From positions 159,960,001 through 160,024,000 of the forward strand of contig OZ024741.1 of NCBI GenBank assembly GCA_964016885.1: a stretch of DNA of 64,000 nucleotides. The letters run 5' to 3'. The notes beneath the pieces are model-generated. The model ran no database searches and had not been told where the DNA came from. It was given only the letters and a program-made list of their open reading frames with translations. The position numbers and the translations under genes were made by a program. The stretch is from Eledone cirrhosa (taxonomy: Eukaryota). Below are positions 1 through 14,166 of this stretch, piece after piece (the stretch's first letter is position 1; every line of letters starts with the position of its first letter).

Positions 1-1340
1 TGATGGAAATGGCATGGTCATTAGGCTTGATAGAATAATTAAACATTTTGGTCTACAGAAACATTCCCTAAGGAATGAATCGCTTAAACCTTTGTATCAC
101 TCTTTCAGATTGGTACACGTAATGTGTGTGGAAATGTTCGTTGACATTTTTGCTGATGTTGTCATAAAGTCTTAGTACACATCATATTAAGTCGTATTAT
201 CAAACTTGTTACATCAATCTCCACATCAGAATCTCAATGTGGTTTTCTCCTAATAGAGGTACAACTGGTGTGGTTTTTACTACCCGACAGTTACAAGAAG
301 AATGCATAAAGCAAAGTTTGGGCTGTATCATTGCTTTATAGACCTCACAAAAGCTTTTTATTCTGTTAATATAACAGTGTTACAGTTTATGTTAAAAAAG
401 TTTGGTTGTCTTGATAAAATTATATATATATATTAATAGCTAGAAGCATTTATGATGGAATGAAAGTGCACATTAATTGTGGCTTTGCAGTCATAACTTG
501 ATGCCTCTATCTTATTTGTGATTTGTTTTGCAGCTATTACTCAAACTGTTCTTAAAGATAACAAAGAAGAAATACGCATACGATACGGTTTCTGATGGAA
601 AACATTTAAATTTATCTCGACTAAGGACCAAAATATAAACATTTTGTCCCCTGTAAGAGACCTTCTTTACCAAGATGTTGCAGACCTTCAATCATTTATT
701 CCATCCTTTATTCTGCCATTGATACATTCGAACTTTTTATAAATTTGAAGCAGACAGTGGTTATGTATCAGCCAGCTCTCATTATAATTGTAAAGGGCAA
801 AAACATTGAATGCAGTTGGCAAATTTGTATATTCTGGTTGTGCACACGCTCAGTCTGGTTCACTAGATAATGAGATTCCTTTTAAGGATACAAAAAACGT
901 TTTTTAAAACTCTTTTTGCAATGCGTTTGGGAAATCCTTTTGCAATGCGTTTGGGAAACTCAAACAGTGTGCCTGGGATCAACATGTAATTAAACTAGAT
1001 ACATGGATTATGGTATACTGTGCTTTTGTCTTAACCCCACTTCTTCACTGCTCTGAGATCTGGACTACACATCTGCAACATATAAACATATTGGAAAATT
1101 TTCATCAGAACTGCCTCTGAAAAATCCTTGATATATCCTGGAAACCTCTCACTCCAGATACAACCATTCTCAAGAGAACAAATATAAGTTCTATAGAGTC
1201 ATATATTAGGCTTAGTCGGCTAAGATGGTCAGGACAACTTGTTTGTCTTTTTGATAGGCGCATTCTTAAACAACTTCTCTACGGTGAACTAAAGCAGAGT
1301 GCGAAGAACTTTGAACGAGTTAGATATAATGAAATTGAAA
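1..1340 (+). mobile_element. Decayed RTE-clade LINE, reverse transcriptase and 3' region
   Basis: Broken frames read ESQCGF...RQLQE...FIDLTKAF.SV (~230-370) and RL..FHQ.CL.KIL.I.W...LRWSG (~1090-1235), typical of RTE/BovB RT. Many stops and indels. Confidence 0.75.
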
Positions 1341-1382
1341 GGACTGTGAGAAAGCAGGACATATCTCACCTTGCTGGAAACA

Positions 1383-1530
1383 ATTGTTTCTACTTTTTGT
1401 CACAAAGCCAGCAATTACCCAGTGCATTATTGGTACTTTATTTTAAGGATGAAAGGTAAAGTCAACCTCAGCGGGGTTTGAACTCAGATCGTTAAGGGAC
1501 GTAACTATGCTGGAAAGCATGGCACCTTGC
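1383..1530 (-). mobile_element. SINE (tRNA-type, octopod-like family)
   Basis: Reverse complement matches the CTGAGTTCAAA..CCGCCGAGGTT.ACTTT.CCTTTCATCC...GTACC...GTAGAAACAAT core that recurs at 44007-44590, 45648 and 61404. Confidence 0.8.
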
Positions 1531-1894
1531 TGCAAATAATGATCTTACATTTACACTGTGTGTGTGTGTGTGTGTATGTGTGTGTGTGTATGTGTGCGTT
1601 AGCTTAACGTAATCTGCTTCAACACAGATTTTTTCATTATGAAAAATAGTTGACGAACAGGTTGGGCATATAAGACCCTAGAAACGGAAAAGTGGATAGC
1701 AACGCCAGCGCGACCCAAACTCACACCTACAGTATGCTGGATGACTGCACTACCACCAGGAAAAGTGAGTCTGACCATTTTCCCGTCATTTTGAAGCGAT
1801 ATCTACCGGCTAGTAGATTTAAACAATGAATCGTATTCAAAATGCGTTGAGCAAATTTGTTTAACGATTCGTAAGAACGCTTGATTCTTTTGTT

Positions 1895-1926
<32 letters not shown>

Positions 1927-1942
1927 TTATCTATCTATCTAT

Positions 1943-2893
1943 GAATGCGCTCAGGCGCTCACAGTCCTGTGGCAAGCGGGCGCAGCAATCAGTGGAGACT
2001 CCACTTCGACATTCTATAGAGGGATTGTACGTTACAAGGGCGACGACGTGCTCGGAGAGACTCTGGGCGTCGAAGACGATGAGCTCACCAGTATGTTTGG
2101 TAGGACTTTCCGCCCGGGACCTATGGACAACTTCCAGAGGTCCCTGGCCTGGCAGTGCTACCGAGGAGCTCTACCGGTTCGTGACAAGATCTACAGGCAC
2201 GGACGCCCTGGCAGGGATCCTTCCAAGAGGACGTGTCCAAGATGTGCGCAGGACATTGAAACAGTTCTGCACGCAATTGTACACTGCCCGGGCGTAAGCG
2301 ACCTGTGGAACTATGCAGAACAACTGCTGTCGCGTATGGGACAAATACAGTTGACTGCCGAGTCCATAGTAAGGATCAAACCGCCAGACTCTTTCAAAAA
2401 CGAAAGAGAGGCGGTTTTCCTCTGTACGGTGGCTATGGTGAAAGAAGTTATATGGTGGACGAGGTTGAGAGGACTGAGGACAGATGCCTTTCTCTCCGGA
2501 CAACAATTGATTCCATTCTTTAAGTATCACTTTAGAAGGAGAATCAGGGTGGAGAGAGAGGCACTGCACCCCAGTAAATTTACTGAAAAGTGGGTGAATG
2601 AAGCGAAAATGGCCCGAGTGATTGGGCCTTCTCTGTTTATAAGCCTGTAGGTTGAGGAAGAGAGCAAAAGGAAGAAGGGAGCACTTGCACAACACGCACC
2701 TTGAGTTGAGGGTTGTTCTATCGACGGGGTATTAAACAACCCATTTGTGGCGCCTCCCCCCTATTGGGGATTTCGATTGTTGAAATTGTTTGTTTTTATA
2801 TTTTTTACACGACTGTATGTAAAATCCCCGGCATGTCTTTGTATTGTCCCCTTTTTTTGTTGCGCCCTTGTGGCTAATAAAGAAATCTATCTA
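1943..2893 (+). mobile_element. 5'-truncated Tx1-clade LINE in (CTAT)n
   Basis: ORF 2048-2650 is the ORF2 C-terminus (zf-RVT CPRC..ETVLHAIVHC). 3'UTR ends GGCTAATAAAGAAA followed by TCTATCTAT. (CTAT)n lies upstream at 1896-1942. Confidence 0.9.
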
Positions 2894-2939
2894 TTTGAAG
2901 CAGAAACTGCTGCGTTGAAAATCTTCACTCTGTCTCAAC

Positions 2940-3785
2940 GAATACGATCTCAAGTAAAGAATACGATCGCGAATACAAGTGGACGAAATGGGGTTCCTCC
3001 GATTGGTTTTTGGAGTAACGTTACTCGATAAAGTGCGTAGCTCCGAGATCAGAGAATCACTCCAGCTACTTCTCCGAATTGAGAGATCACAGCTCAGATA
3101 CTATAGGCAAGTGGCTAGAATGTCTCAAGAAATAATCGGTGGACATATTTTACGGGCAAAATAAACCGATAAGAGATTCAGGTGTAGACCCCGAGCAAGA
3201 TGGTTAGATAACATCCATGAGCTTTACTGGCACACTTGGGGATCCAGCCGGATCAGTTGGAGATGGTTGCTTCCGACAGGACCCACTGGAGGGAGTGTTT
3301 GAGGACCCTGCCCCCACGACTCTCTCAGAAATAAGTGGGCGAAGAAAAGAAGAAGAGAATCGTGCTACCAACAGTGCTTTACACGAGCGAAACCTGGAAG
3401 AGCACGGAAAAGACAGAGAGACGGATGAACGCATTCCACCAGCGGTGCCTGTGAAGTATTTTCGTGTGTCGTGGCGCGACCGAGTGCAAAACGAAGAAAT
3501 CCTGCGTGGAGCCGAGTCGTGGACATTGCGGGGGGTGGTTACGGAGCGCCGGTGCCGCCTGGTTGGCCTATTCTGCGCCGGCCCAAAACGACACTCGAAA
3601 ACAGCGATGAACTGGACTCCACATGGCGGCAAATGGAAGTGGGGTTGCCCCAGGATCACCTGACGACGAACGTTCCAAAAAGACCTGATGGCAGCCAACA
3701 TCACTTGGCACGGACGCGAAAAAGTGGCCGCTGATCGTGATCGTTGGCGAAAGGCACGGAAGAAATTAAGAACTAAGAATTAAGA
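2940..3785 (+). mobile_element. Two adjacent RTE-clade 3' fragments
   Basis: FLR...GVTLLDKVRSSEIRE...QLRY (2979-3164) and VSWRDRVQNEEIL...WTPHGGK...G.PRIT (3460-3663), followed by a short-repeat tail near 3765-3785. Confidence 0.7.
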
Positions 3786-3869
3786 TGAGGTACAACGACC
3801 GACAAATTTGACTTATAAACGTTGGATCGAACATTTAATGACAGAAGAAAAAACATCAGAAATCAGTAA

Positions 3870-4235
3870 CATCATAGGACGAAATACCACCACCTTTTGC
3901 AGGTGATTTCTACCAAATTCTGCCTATGATTCCTAAGAGCGCACCAACAAATGAGCTTAATACCAGTCTCAAAATTTTATTTCGCTGAAGGCATATAAAA
4001 AAATTAAACCTCATTAATTTCTAGTACGCCTTTCATTTGCAATGAACATCAACAAGGCAAAAGGAAAAAGTCTTAGACTTACTGGAATCACGTTGGAATC
4101 ACATTCTTTTTCCACAGTCAATTGTCCTTTTCTTTTTCAGAGTTGGAATCAGCAGAAATTTGTTCTTTTTAGATCCTGACAGAAAATAATATTCCATGCG
4201 CACCCCCTCCCCTAGCCCCCAAGCACTGCAATAGA
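3870..4235 (+). mobile_element. Decayed canonical Helitron Pif1-helicase fragment
   Basis: Translates to AGDFYQILPMIPKSAPTNELN (~3899-3960) and VRLSFAMNINKAKGKSL...FSHSQL (~4024-4125), degenerate forms of GDFRQ.LPV and AMTINKSQGQSL..FSHGQL. Confidence 0.65.
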
Positions 4236-4685
4236 CACTGGAAAAAGTTACTGATTAGAAAAATAATTCATTTAGAGTAATTATGTAAATTAGAGATGTT
4301 TGTTTTTGTTTTTTAAAATAAAAACCGTTTTCACAGAGAATAAAAAAGAGTAATAAAATAATATTTTAGGTTATATGTTTGATTATTTAATTTTTTAGTA
4401 TATTTATGAAGTTCAACTTGAACCAACTTCTAAATTGCTTCGATACAACAATTCTGAGTGAATCAACATTCCCGGACCAACTAAAGTTTGTTAACATTTG
4501 TTTAAAGCAATTTATCTAAAATGGTATAGCGAATACGTGTAAATGAATTTATTCTAGGTATTAATGAACCAGAACAAGGTGGGCACTGTTATGTATACAT
4601 TTATATCTAAATTTTAATTCTATATCAACATCTTTTTCCTATATTTTTACCCGTGTGGGATATATTAAAAGACCCATACTTTCGA

Positions 4686-4744
<59 letters not shown>

Positions 4745-4762
4745 CATATACTCACACACATA

Positions 4763-5381
4763 TCATATTTTTCGGAATATAAGACACACCGGAATATAGG
4801 ACGCATTCTAAATTTAACATCAATATCTAGGAAAAATAAAATTAAGGGGAATTAATACTATAAACGCTATTAAAATTCGAATCACTTTCAAATCTTATAA
4901 AATCATGACTACTGTGATCCTCATTGATTTCATGGCTGTTACCACGTCTAATTGCTGAAATTCATCATCTTCTTTGCATTAGTCGGGGTCATCACTGTTT
5001 TCAGAATCACTTCTGTCACTATCATTATACAGAAAATCATCATTGGTGCCATCTAGGGCATTGTTGATGCCACATTTTTAAAAAGCTTTTATAACTGTCT
5101 CGGTTTTCACAGCACCCCACGTGTTTTTCAACCACTGGGTTACCTGGGAAAATGTAGGCCTATTCATACGTCCTATCGGTATCAGTTCATGTTGCGGGTC
5201 CTTCATCCAATTATCCATTCATCTCTCATGTGTGCCTTAAAACAAAAGTCTAAATGCTTCCTACTTTTTAATTATAATATTTTTCCATTCGGTAACCTGA
5301 TCTTCACCTTATAAGATGCACAGTGATTTTGAGGTTCAAATTATGGAGAAAAAAGCGCGTCCTATATTCCCCAAAATATGG
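4763..5381 (-). mobile_element. Internally deleted pogo/Tigger DNA transposon
   Basis: TIR-like ends (CATATTTTTCGGAATATAAGAC / GTCCTATATTCCCCAAAATATGG) with TA on both sides. Minus strand encodes WMKDPQHELIPIGRMNRPT..QVTQWLKNTW...KAFKKCGI..ALDG, a pogo DDE_1 C-terminus. Confidence 0.8.
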
Positions 5382-5499
<118 letters not shown>

Positions 5500-6574
5500 A
5501 TTAAGTATAAGTTATACGTTTGAATTACGTATAGCCCAGCCACCATCCACTCAATGAATTTACAGAGATCTCATGTTGTAAATTAAATACGAATCTGCAA
5601 GTCAGAGTGGACACAATACGTTAAACAGTGGATAAACGGCTTACTGCTGCGAACTGTAACAGTTTCATTACCACGTCATATATGAGCCGATGCAATTGCA
5701 ACTGATACATATAGAAGTCATTCGATGTTTCCAAAATATTGGCAAGACCTTCTGACCAGGACTAACGGGGAAAATAATCAGCAGAGTTCAGTCCTAATAC
5801 TAACCGAAGAATTCCTATGAAAGAATGCCAGAGCTAATATGAACTTTCACTGTGGCAGAATCACGTGACATTCTAAAGAAGGGGCAAATAGAATTCAGCC
5901 GTTAGTGATAAGCACACTGTTGGCAGTAAAATTCAAATAGTTGAATATTCGCCTTAGCTCTCTACTTGCATGTAACAAAGACATAAATACAACGTACAAA
6001 TCAAACTAATATAAAAGAAATAGTGATCAGTATACGATTAAAGGCATGTTTATCACCAGGGGAAAAAATCAAGTATAAGTTATACGTTTAAATTACGTAT
6101 AATCCAGATATATTGGGTCGTCAAGTATGAAATTTGTAGAAATTTGGTTTTTTTTTCTAGAAATTTCTACAAATTTCATACTTGATTACCCAATATATGG
6201 GGGATGGAAAAAAACACGAGGTATAGAAATGTGAGAATGAGGGAAAGCAGGTGAGAGAAGTAGAGCAATGAAATAATGATGTAAAACAATTTGTAATGAA
6301 TATGTTGGGTCAAAGTGGTATTCCCTGCTTCTAAAACAGGTGAACTTCGAAAACATTTTTTTCGTTTCTGCCCCTGCTCACTCTCCGCTATTTTTGCTAT
6401 TTCTTTAATTTTTTCATTCTATTTTCTGATGAAAAACTATTGTCCTAAACGTTAAGATTTTTACTACTATATTAAACGTGAAACTAAAATATATCTTCAT
6501 TGTATTTCATCGTCTGTTGTGACTTTTCCGTTTACTTTTCACATACATACATGCATACATACATACAGACACAC

Positions 6575-6641
<67 letters not shown>

Positions 6642-6944
6642 TACGCATGAAGGCGCACGGCAGCTTTACCGAGCGATGGACTGAATGATGATGATGGGAT
6701 AATTGAATCATTGAAAAGGCCGAAATAACAGGATACTAATATGTGCTGTAGATAAATAACAGCTGAAGTGTTTGAACAAACAAAATCGGAGTCGATCTCA
6801 TATGCCAAACATATCTGAAGAACTTTCGATTACAGAGTCAGGTTCGATCTATAATAAATCTTGCCTCGAGTTGATCGATAGAGAAACATATGTAATATGT
6901 TAATAAATATGATATGATGCAACACTGAATCCTCGTTCTTTATA

Positions 6945-6972
<28 letters not shown>

Positions 6973-6975
<3 letters not shown>

Positions 6976-7160
6976 TAGATGAGATTCTACAGGACTAGAA
7001 CTGTTTCATTCTTTAGAAATCATCAGGAATGATGATTTCTAAAGAATGAAACAGTTCTAGTCCTGTAGAATCTCATCTATATTAAAATTTTTATACTCTG
7101 CAATGTATTGAGTACCTTACTTACTGTGGTTACCTCCGATTCAACCCGGAATAACGTACG
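6973..7160. repeat. Perfect 53-bp-arm palindrome with hammerhead-like core, between (TA)n tracts (probable Penelope-like terminus)
   Basis: Arms 6973-7025 and 7030-7082, loop GGAA. Minus strand reads CTGATGA-TTTCTAAAGAAT-GAAAC-AGTTCTA-GTC. A related copy lies at ~49175-49220. Confidence 0.75.
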
Positions 7161-7245
7161 TATATATATATATATATATATATATAGTCACTTATATATT
7201 ATGAAATACTGTTGGCTTCACGCTCACAACAATTTCTATACTTTC

Positions 7246-7286
<41 letters not shown>

Positions 7287-7371
7287 TGTATGTATATATA
7301 TATATATTAAAATATAAGTAGTGACTACCTTGATTAAATCTTAACCATTTAACATCTCAGCGTATGTCATG

Positions 7372-7440
7372 TATCATTATATTTTGTCTGATGAGGACGT
7401 ACTGTTGTACATCCGAAACATGTATAATAAAATGTAATTG
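7372..7440 (+). ncRNA. Minimal type-I hammerhead ribozyme motif
   Basis: CTGATGA (7388-7394), stem II GGAcGTAC-TGTT-GTACaTCC, GAAA (7415-7418), palindromic stem III ACATGT, GTA triplet. Distal stem I pairs; the proximal part is imperfect. Confidence 0.6.
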
Positions 7441-7661
7441 ATCAAAAGAACATCTATTTTATTAATACTTATATTTTAATATTAATAACTCCTGAAAATT
7501 ATTATTATCGTTGAGTACTTCCAATCTACTGTAAAACTCATTCTTTGACATAATCATCGAATATTGTTTAACAACTTAATACTTATATATATATATATTT
7601 ACGATTGAGCACTCGATGCGTAGTTTCCAGTATAGAGGTGTAGTACTAAGCAGAGTGTAAC

Positions 7662-7701
<40 letters not shown>

Positions 7702-7960
7702 TAATAATGCTTTCTTTATTAACCACAAGGATCTACATAAAGTAGACATTAAGGACAGTACAGGACAATACAGGGCGGTACAAATAGGCATTTCTGCGTG
7801 TAAAAAACAAAAACAAAGGATGTAACAAAAAAAATAACAATGAAAAATTCCTCAATAGGGGGGAGACTTCGGAGGGACATTTGTGGAGAAAGCCCATTAA
7901 AAGGCCACAGTGACCCTGACCACCAAGGCAAGTGCCCTCTCCCAGTTTTCCACCTTTAAT

Positions 7961-10745
7961 TTACAGACACATACTCAGAGTAGGCCCATTCACTCGGGCC
8001 ATTCTTGCTTCTCTCACCCATCTTTCAACAAAATGCTGGGAAGAGAGCACTTCCCTCTCTACTCTGATTTTCCTTTTCAAATAAAATTTGAAAAAGTCAA
8101 TCAGGGCATCACCGAAGAGGTAAGTGCTCGTCTTCAGCTCTTTCAAACGAGTTCACCATACTATCTCTTTCGCCATGGCCACCAGACAGATAAAAACTGC
8201 CTGCCCTTCCCGGCTAAAGGAAGAGGGCGGGGAAATCCTCACGATGGACTCAGCTGATAGCCGGATCCGTCCTACACGCGACAGCAGGTGTTCGACAGAA
8301 ACCCACAAGTCAGCAATTCTCGGACACTGGACGAGTGCGTGCAGGACGGTTTCGTTCCCCTGCGCGCATCTCGGACATGCCCGGCTGACGACACCTCCAT
8401 GCCTGTAGAGTTTATCCCGAACTGGCAAGGCTCCTCAGTAGCACTGCCAGGCCAGGGATTTCTGGAAGTTGTCCATAGGCCCCGGCCCGAAAGTTCTTCC
8501 GAAGAGATTGGCTAGTTGATTTTCGTCGACGCCTAGAGTTTCCCCAAGTACGTCGTCGCTCTTCCCCTCCACTAATCCTCTATAGAACGCCGAGGTGGAG
8601 TTTCCACCGATCACATTGCCCGATTGGTCGAGGGCTGTGAGCGCCTGAAGACATTCTAGTCTCCAAGCGCTCGCTCTGGGTCTTCGCTTGACCCAGGACT
8701 GCAGCTCCGTCAAGGAAACGAGCTGGGGAAATACGTGTCTAGCAAACGGCGACCACACATGATCACCGTCGAGGAAGAGGTGGAGATGTCGTAGCCTGAG
8801 CGCGTGTCTGCGCATCATCAGCCACAGCATGCCCAGCCCTCCACGTAGCGGGTATTGACAACAGATGGAACGCCTGAGCATCAGAGCGCGCCCCTTCCAC
8901 AAAAAGCGAAATGGCAAAAGCTCCAGCGCAGTCAGGCGGGGCTTAGGACAAGGTACGACGGTCAGGCGGTAGCAGATGACAGACGCGATGGACGCGTTAG
9001 CCACCTTCGCTCGACCTTTCAGGGATAGCTTCCTCTCCGCCCATTTCTGGGTGAGAGAAGCCACCCTGCTCGTCACCTCGTCCCAGTTTTTGTCCGTCTG
9101 GAGGTCCGGACCGAACCAGACTCCTAGCAATTTAACCGGTCCGTCCGTCCAGCGTCCGACGACGCTGTTGGACGGCATGGACCTGCCTCTCCAGGTGCCG
9201 AGCTGCAGGCCCAGTGACTTTTCCTGGTTGATCATTGCTCCTGTCACCGCTTCGTATTCTCTTAGTGTAGTGCCGATCGCCTCGATGTGTTTGGCGTTCG
9301 ACACCACTATGGTGACATCGTCCGCATATGCTGACACGGATCTTCCGCATCTTAGTTCGCACGGGACACCCCTCAACGTCTCCAGTTTGTGCAGTAATGG
9401 CTCGAGAGTCAATACGTACAAGAGGGACGAGAGGGGACATCTTTGGCGGACCGAGCGCATGATGTTGAACGGATCCGAAAGGTGACCGTTCACTCTCGCC
9501 ACAGAGCAGATGTCGCTGTGCATGGCAGCAATCCAGCCTCTGAAGACGGGCCCAAAGCCAGCCGCCCTCAGGACTGCCGCTAGGTAACGATGGTCGACCC
9601 TATCGAAAGCTTTCGACTGATCTAAATTGATCAAAGACCCACTCGTGCCAGGTTCCCTAGCTACCCTCTCTACGATGTATCGCATGAGGTGGAGGTTGTC
9701 GTGGATGGATCTGTCGGGAATGGCGCATGTCTGCGCCTTTCCGACCAGACCACCAACGACAAGCGCCAACCTCTTTGCTAGCACCTTGGCCAAAATCTTG
9801 AACTCTGTGTTTAGCAGAGTTATGGGCCTAAAATTATCTATGTTATCCCCCTTGTTCGGATCCTTTCTCAGCAGCGCCACCTCTCCTCGGCTCACAGAGC
9901 TGGGAATTGTCCCGTTCTGTTGCCAGTTGCAGTAGACGTCCGCCAAGAGGCCTCCGAACAAGTCTGGCATTTGTACGTAAAGTTAATAGGGCAGACCATC
10001 CAAACCAGGCGATTTACCCCTTGTGCAGCCAGTCATTGCCTCCCGTACTTCAGCGGCTGTTATCGGCTTTTCGCAACACTCCGCCTCAGTGGCCGAGAGC
10101 CGCGGCAGTCCGTCGAGGTAGACACTAAAGTCCATGCCTCTATCCGGCCCGCCGCTGCCCCCGAACAGTTGAACGAAGTGTCGCTGAAAAGCTTCACACA
10201 TTTTCCCGGGATCGAGTAGCATGCGCCCGTCGTGGTCCACCAAAGACCGGATCGTGGCTTTGTTGCCACGACGCGCCTCCGCCATTCGGGCCCATTGAAC
10301 GGCTTCGTCCCCTCGTGTCTGAGAGTACGCACCCTAGCTCTGACAACGCAGCCTTCGTGCTTTGCATTGAAGAATTGGTCAAGGGCCAATTTCGCCGCAA
10401 GTACGTCGGTCGCGATGCCTTTGCTAAGAACCTCGTCTAATTTTCTAACTAGTTCTCCCTCTGCTCTATTTTTCTCTATAGCTAAAGCCTTACTAAACCT
10501 AATGGACTCTATTCTAATCGCTCTTTTCAGAGCAAACCACCACTTGTTGTTGACGATGGCCCCCGTCAACGCTCGCTTAACTAGTTCGTTAATCCGGTCT
10601 CTGTAGGCCTTGCGCGCTGGTAAGGACGCGCTAAGCTTCCAGTAGCCGGGTCCTCGTCTATGAAGCCTATCTAAGTCAAGCACACAGATCACGAATTTGT
10701 GGTCCGTGTATCTTGAATTGTGGACAGCTTATGCTAGACATATCT
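7961..10745 (-). pseudogene. Tx1 ORF2 (endonuclease tail, RT, zf-RVT), disrupted
   Basis: GPGYWKL, KSPGLDGLPY, FRPITLLN, LDQSKAFDRVDH, AYADDV, CPRC..ETVLHALVQC. Several frameshifts and stops. Confidence 0.9.
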
Positions 10746-10751
10746 ATTTCC

Positions 10752-12537
10752 CTACAATGCTGTGCATTTGTTTTTCTGGGGGTGGTGTGTGGTTCTGCTA
10801 TTTTCTTGTCGTTGTTGCTGGGTGTGGGTGTTTTGTTGTGTTTGCGATGTTGGTGCTTGTGGTGGTGGTGTTGAAGGTGTTGTTGTTGTTGGCGGTGGCG
10901 TTGCCGCCGGTGGTGATAGTGGTGCTAGTGTGGGTGGTGATGGTGTTGGTGGTGTTGCTGCTGTAAGTCTTACCCTTTTTCGTTTCTTTCCTCCCTTTTC
11001 GAAGGCGATGATGCGCTGCTTCTGCGTTTGTGACTCCTTGCGACCTTTTGCCATCCCTCTCCTACCTCACACTCCATGTCCGATTCTGTGAGGTCGGGGA
11101 GGGGTACCAGCTCCATTCTTTCACTTGTTGGTGATGTTTGCAGTGGAGTCTCTGTTGCAGCTGCAGTTGGTATTGCTGTTGTTGTTGTTAATACTTCCAC
11201 TGCTGCTGCTGTTCTTGATTTCCGTGGCGTGGGTATGGGTGCCACGGACCTATCGTTCCTGGTTGCCGCTTGTCCTGTTGCTGGTAGCAGTGGAGCCGGT
11301 TTCGGAAGGAGGGGGGTTTTCTCCTTTCTCAGGGTCTTCTCGTTGCAGAAGGCCCTGAGGTGAGTCTTCGATCCACAGCGAAAGCATTTCGGGCGTTTGC
11401 CCTCAACACTTATGGGCAGTTGAGTGCCGTTATCGAAGTCTATCACATCCGGGATAGCTTCGATGCACTCATGGTTGGTTTGGATTAACATCTCAATGGA
11501 GGTGCCGACCCAATCTTCTCGTACTTTTTTCTGTACTTGCAGTACAGTTGTTTTGTCCTCGATTCCGACGAGGACAGACGCGGCCAGCCAAGAAGGGGCC
11601 ATCCCAAGGGGGGGGGGGGAGTCAGTTTGACCCTCACAATTTTTTGTCCGCAGTAGGAGGGCACCAACACAATTTCCCCGCTCCTTAGGGTCACTAAGGA
11701 TTGAGCCTTTGCCTCCTGGGGTGTCGCAAAAAGCACGTCCATGGTGGCATATTTCTTGCCTCGGGTGATATGCGTTTTCCGCGATAAGGCTTTTTGCATT
11801 TGAGCCTCTGTGGCCCTTTCAACCCTACGGGATTTTGTGCTTACTGTACGGTACGTGACCGTACAGTGCTGTTGGGTTTTGGAAAAATTTTTCGGCTGCC
11901 TTGCAGATTGCTCGGTGTTCGGTTTTCGTCACCATCTTCTTTCCTGTAATTCCTCATTTGTTATAAGGATGGTTTCCAGGTTCTTTGCGATACCTGCAAA
12001 CGAGATTGTTTTTTCTTTGTTGTTGTTGTTGTTGTTGTTGTCGTCGTCAGAGCTGCTGTTATTTATGTTGTTGCTGCTGGTTCTACGACTGCCGCCGCCG
12101 CGGTTGCTGTGGTTGTTGTTGTTGTTGCTACTGCTGCCGTGGTTGTTGCTGTTGTTGCTAATGCTGTTGTTGTTTATGCTGCTGCTGATGCTGCTGCGGC
12201 TGCTACTGTTGTTTTCCTTGTCACTGTTACTGCTGCTGCTGTTATTACGGCTGCTACTGCTATTATTCATGACGTCAGACGAATGAAATGGGTTTTCGTA
12301 TTTACCGCACACCTTTTTCGTCGTTGTCGTCGTCGTGGAGAAATGTTCCACGTTTTGCACGTGATTTTGGAAACTATTTTTCTTTACTGGCGTCGCTTGC
12401 GAAAGAGAAGGGAGGGAGAGAGACACATTTAGAGAAGGGAGGGAGAGAGACAATCTTCCCTCTGGTGTAGTGACGATTGAGGAAGAAGAAGACGGAATGA
12501 GTGGGAGTGACTTGTGAACATTCTTTTTTGTAGCCAT
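10752..12537 (-). pseudogene. Tx1 ORF1 (gag-like, CCHC zinc knuckle), frameshifted
   Basis: ORF pieces 11929-12537, 11485-11799, 10970-11602 and 10752-11054. VEGKRPKCFRCGSKTHLRAFC is homologous to ORF1 at 27143. Confidence 0.8.
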
Positions 12538-12751
12538 GTTTTTTTTTGTTTAAAATAAATATTGGGCACAAAACCCCAATAAGCGGTTATTTAACCCCGA
12601 AGGGCCAAATAACGGGCAGAAAGACCCGTCTCACGAGGAGGAGGGTGTTTTTGTCTACAATTTGGTTAAAGTTTTAAACAATTTACAATTGTTATAGCGG
12701 TTAAAATTTTCAATACCTTACAGAGCCGAGCCTCCGTCAACCATGGCATTC

Positions 12752-14140
<1,389 letters not shown>

Positions 14141-14166
14141 ATAACAATAACAATAATAATAATAAT

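Larger units (their letters stand above)
7709..12751 (-). mobile_element. Near full-length Tx1-clade LINE in (AAT)n, with an internal deletion of most of the endonuclease
   Basis: (AAT)n on both sides. 5'UTR, ORF1 with zinc knuckle, ORF2 RT and zf-RVT, and 3' end GGTTAATAAAGAAAGC followed by (ATT)n. Confidence 0.9.

Noticed and set aside
8976-12432. Antisense and alternate-frame ORFs over Tx1, Dong and Helitron sequences (also 27979-28374, 53731-54261 and others)
   Set aside because: They are shadow ORFs of the element reading frames with no independent motifs.
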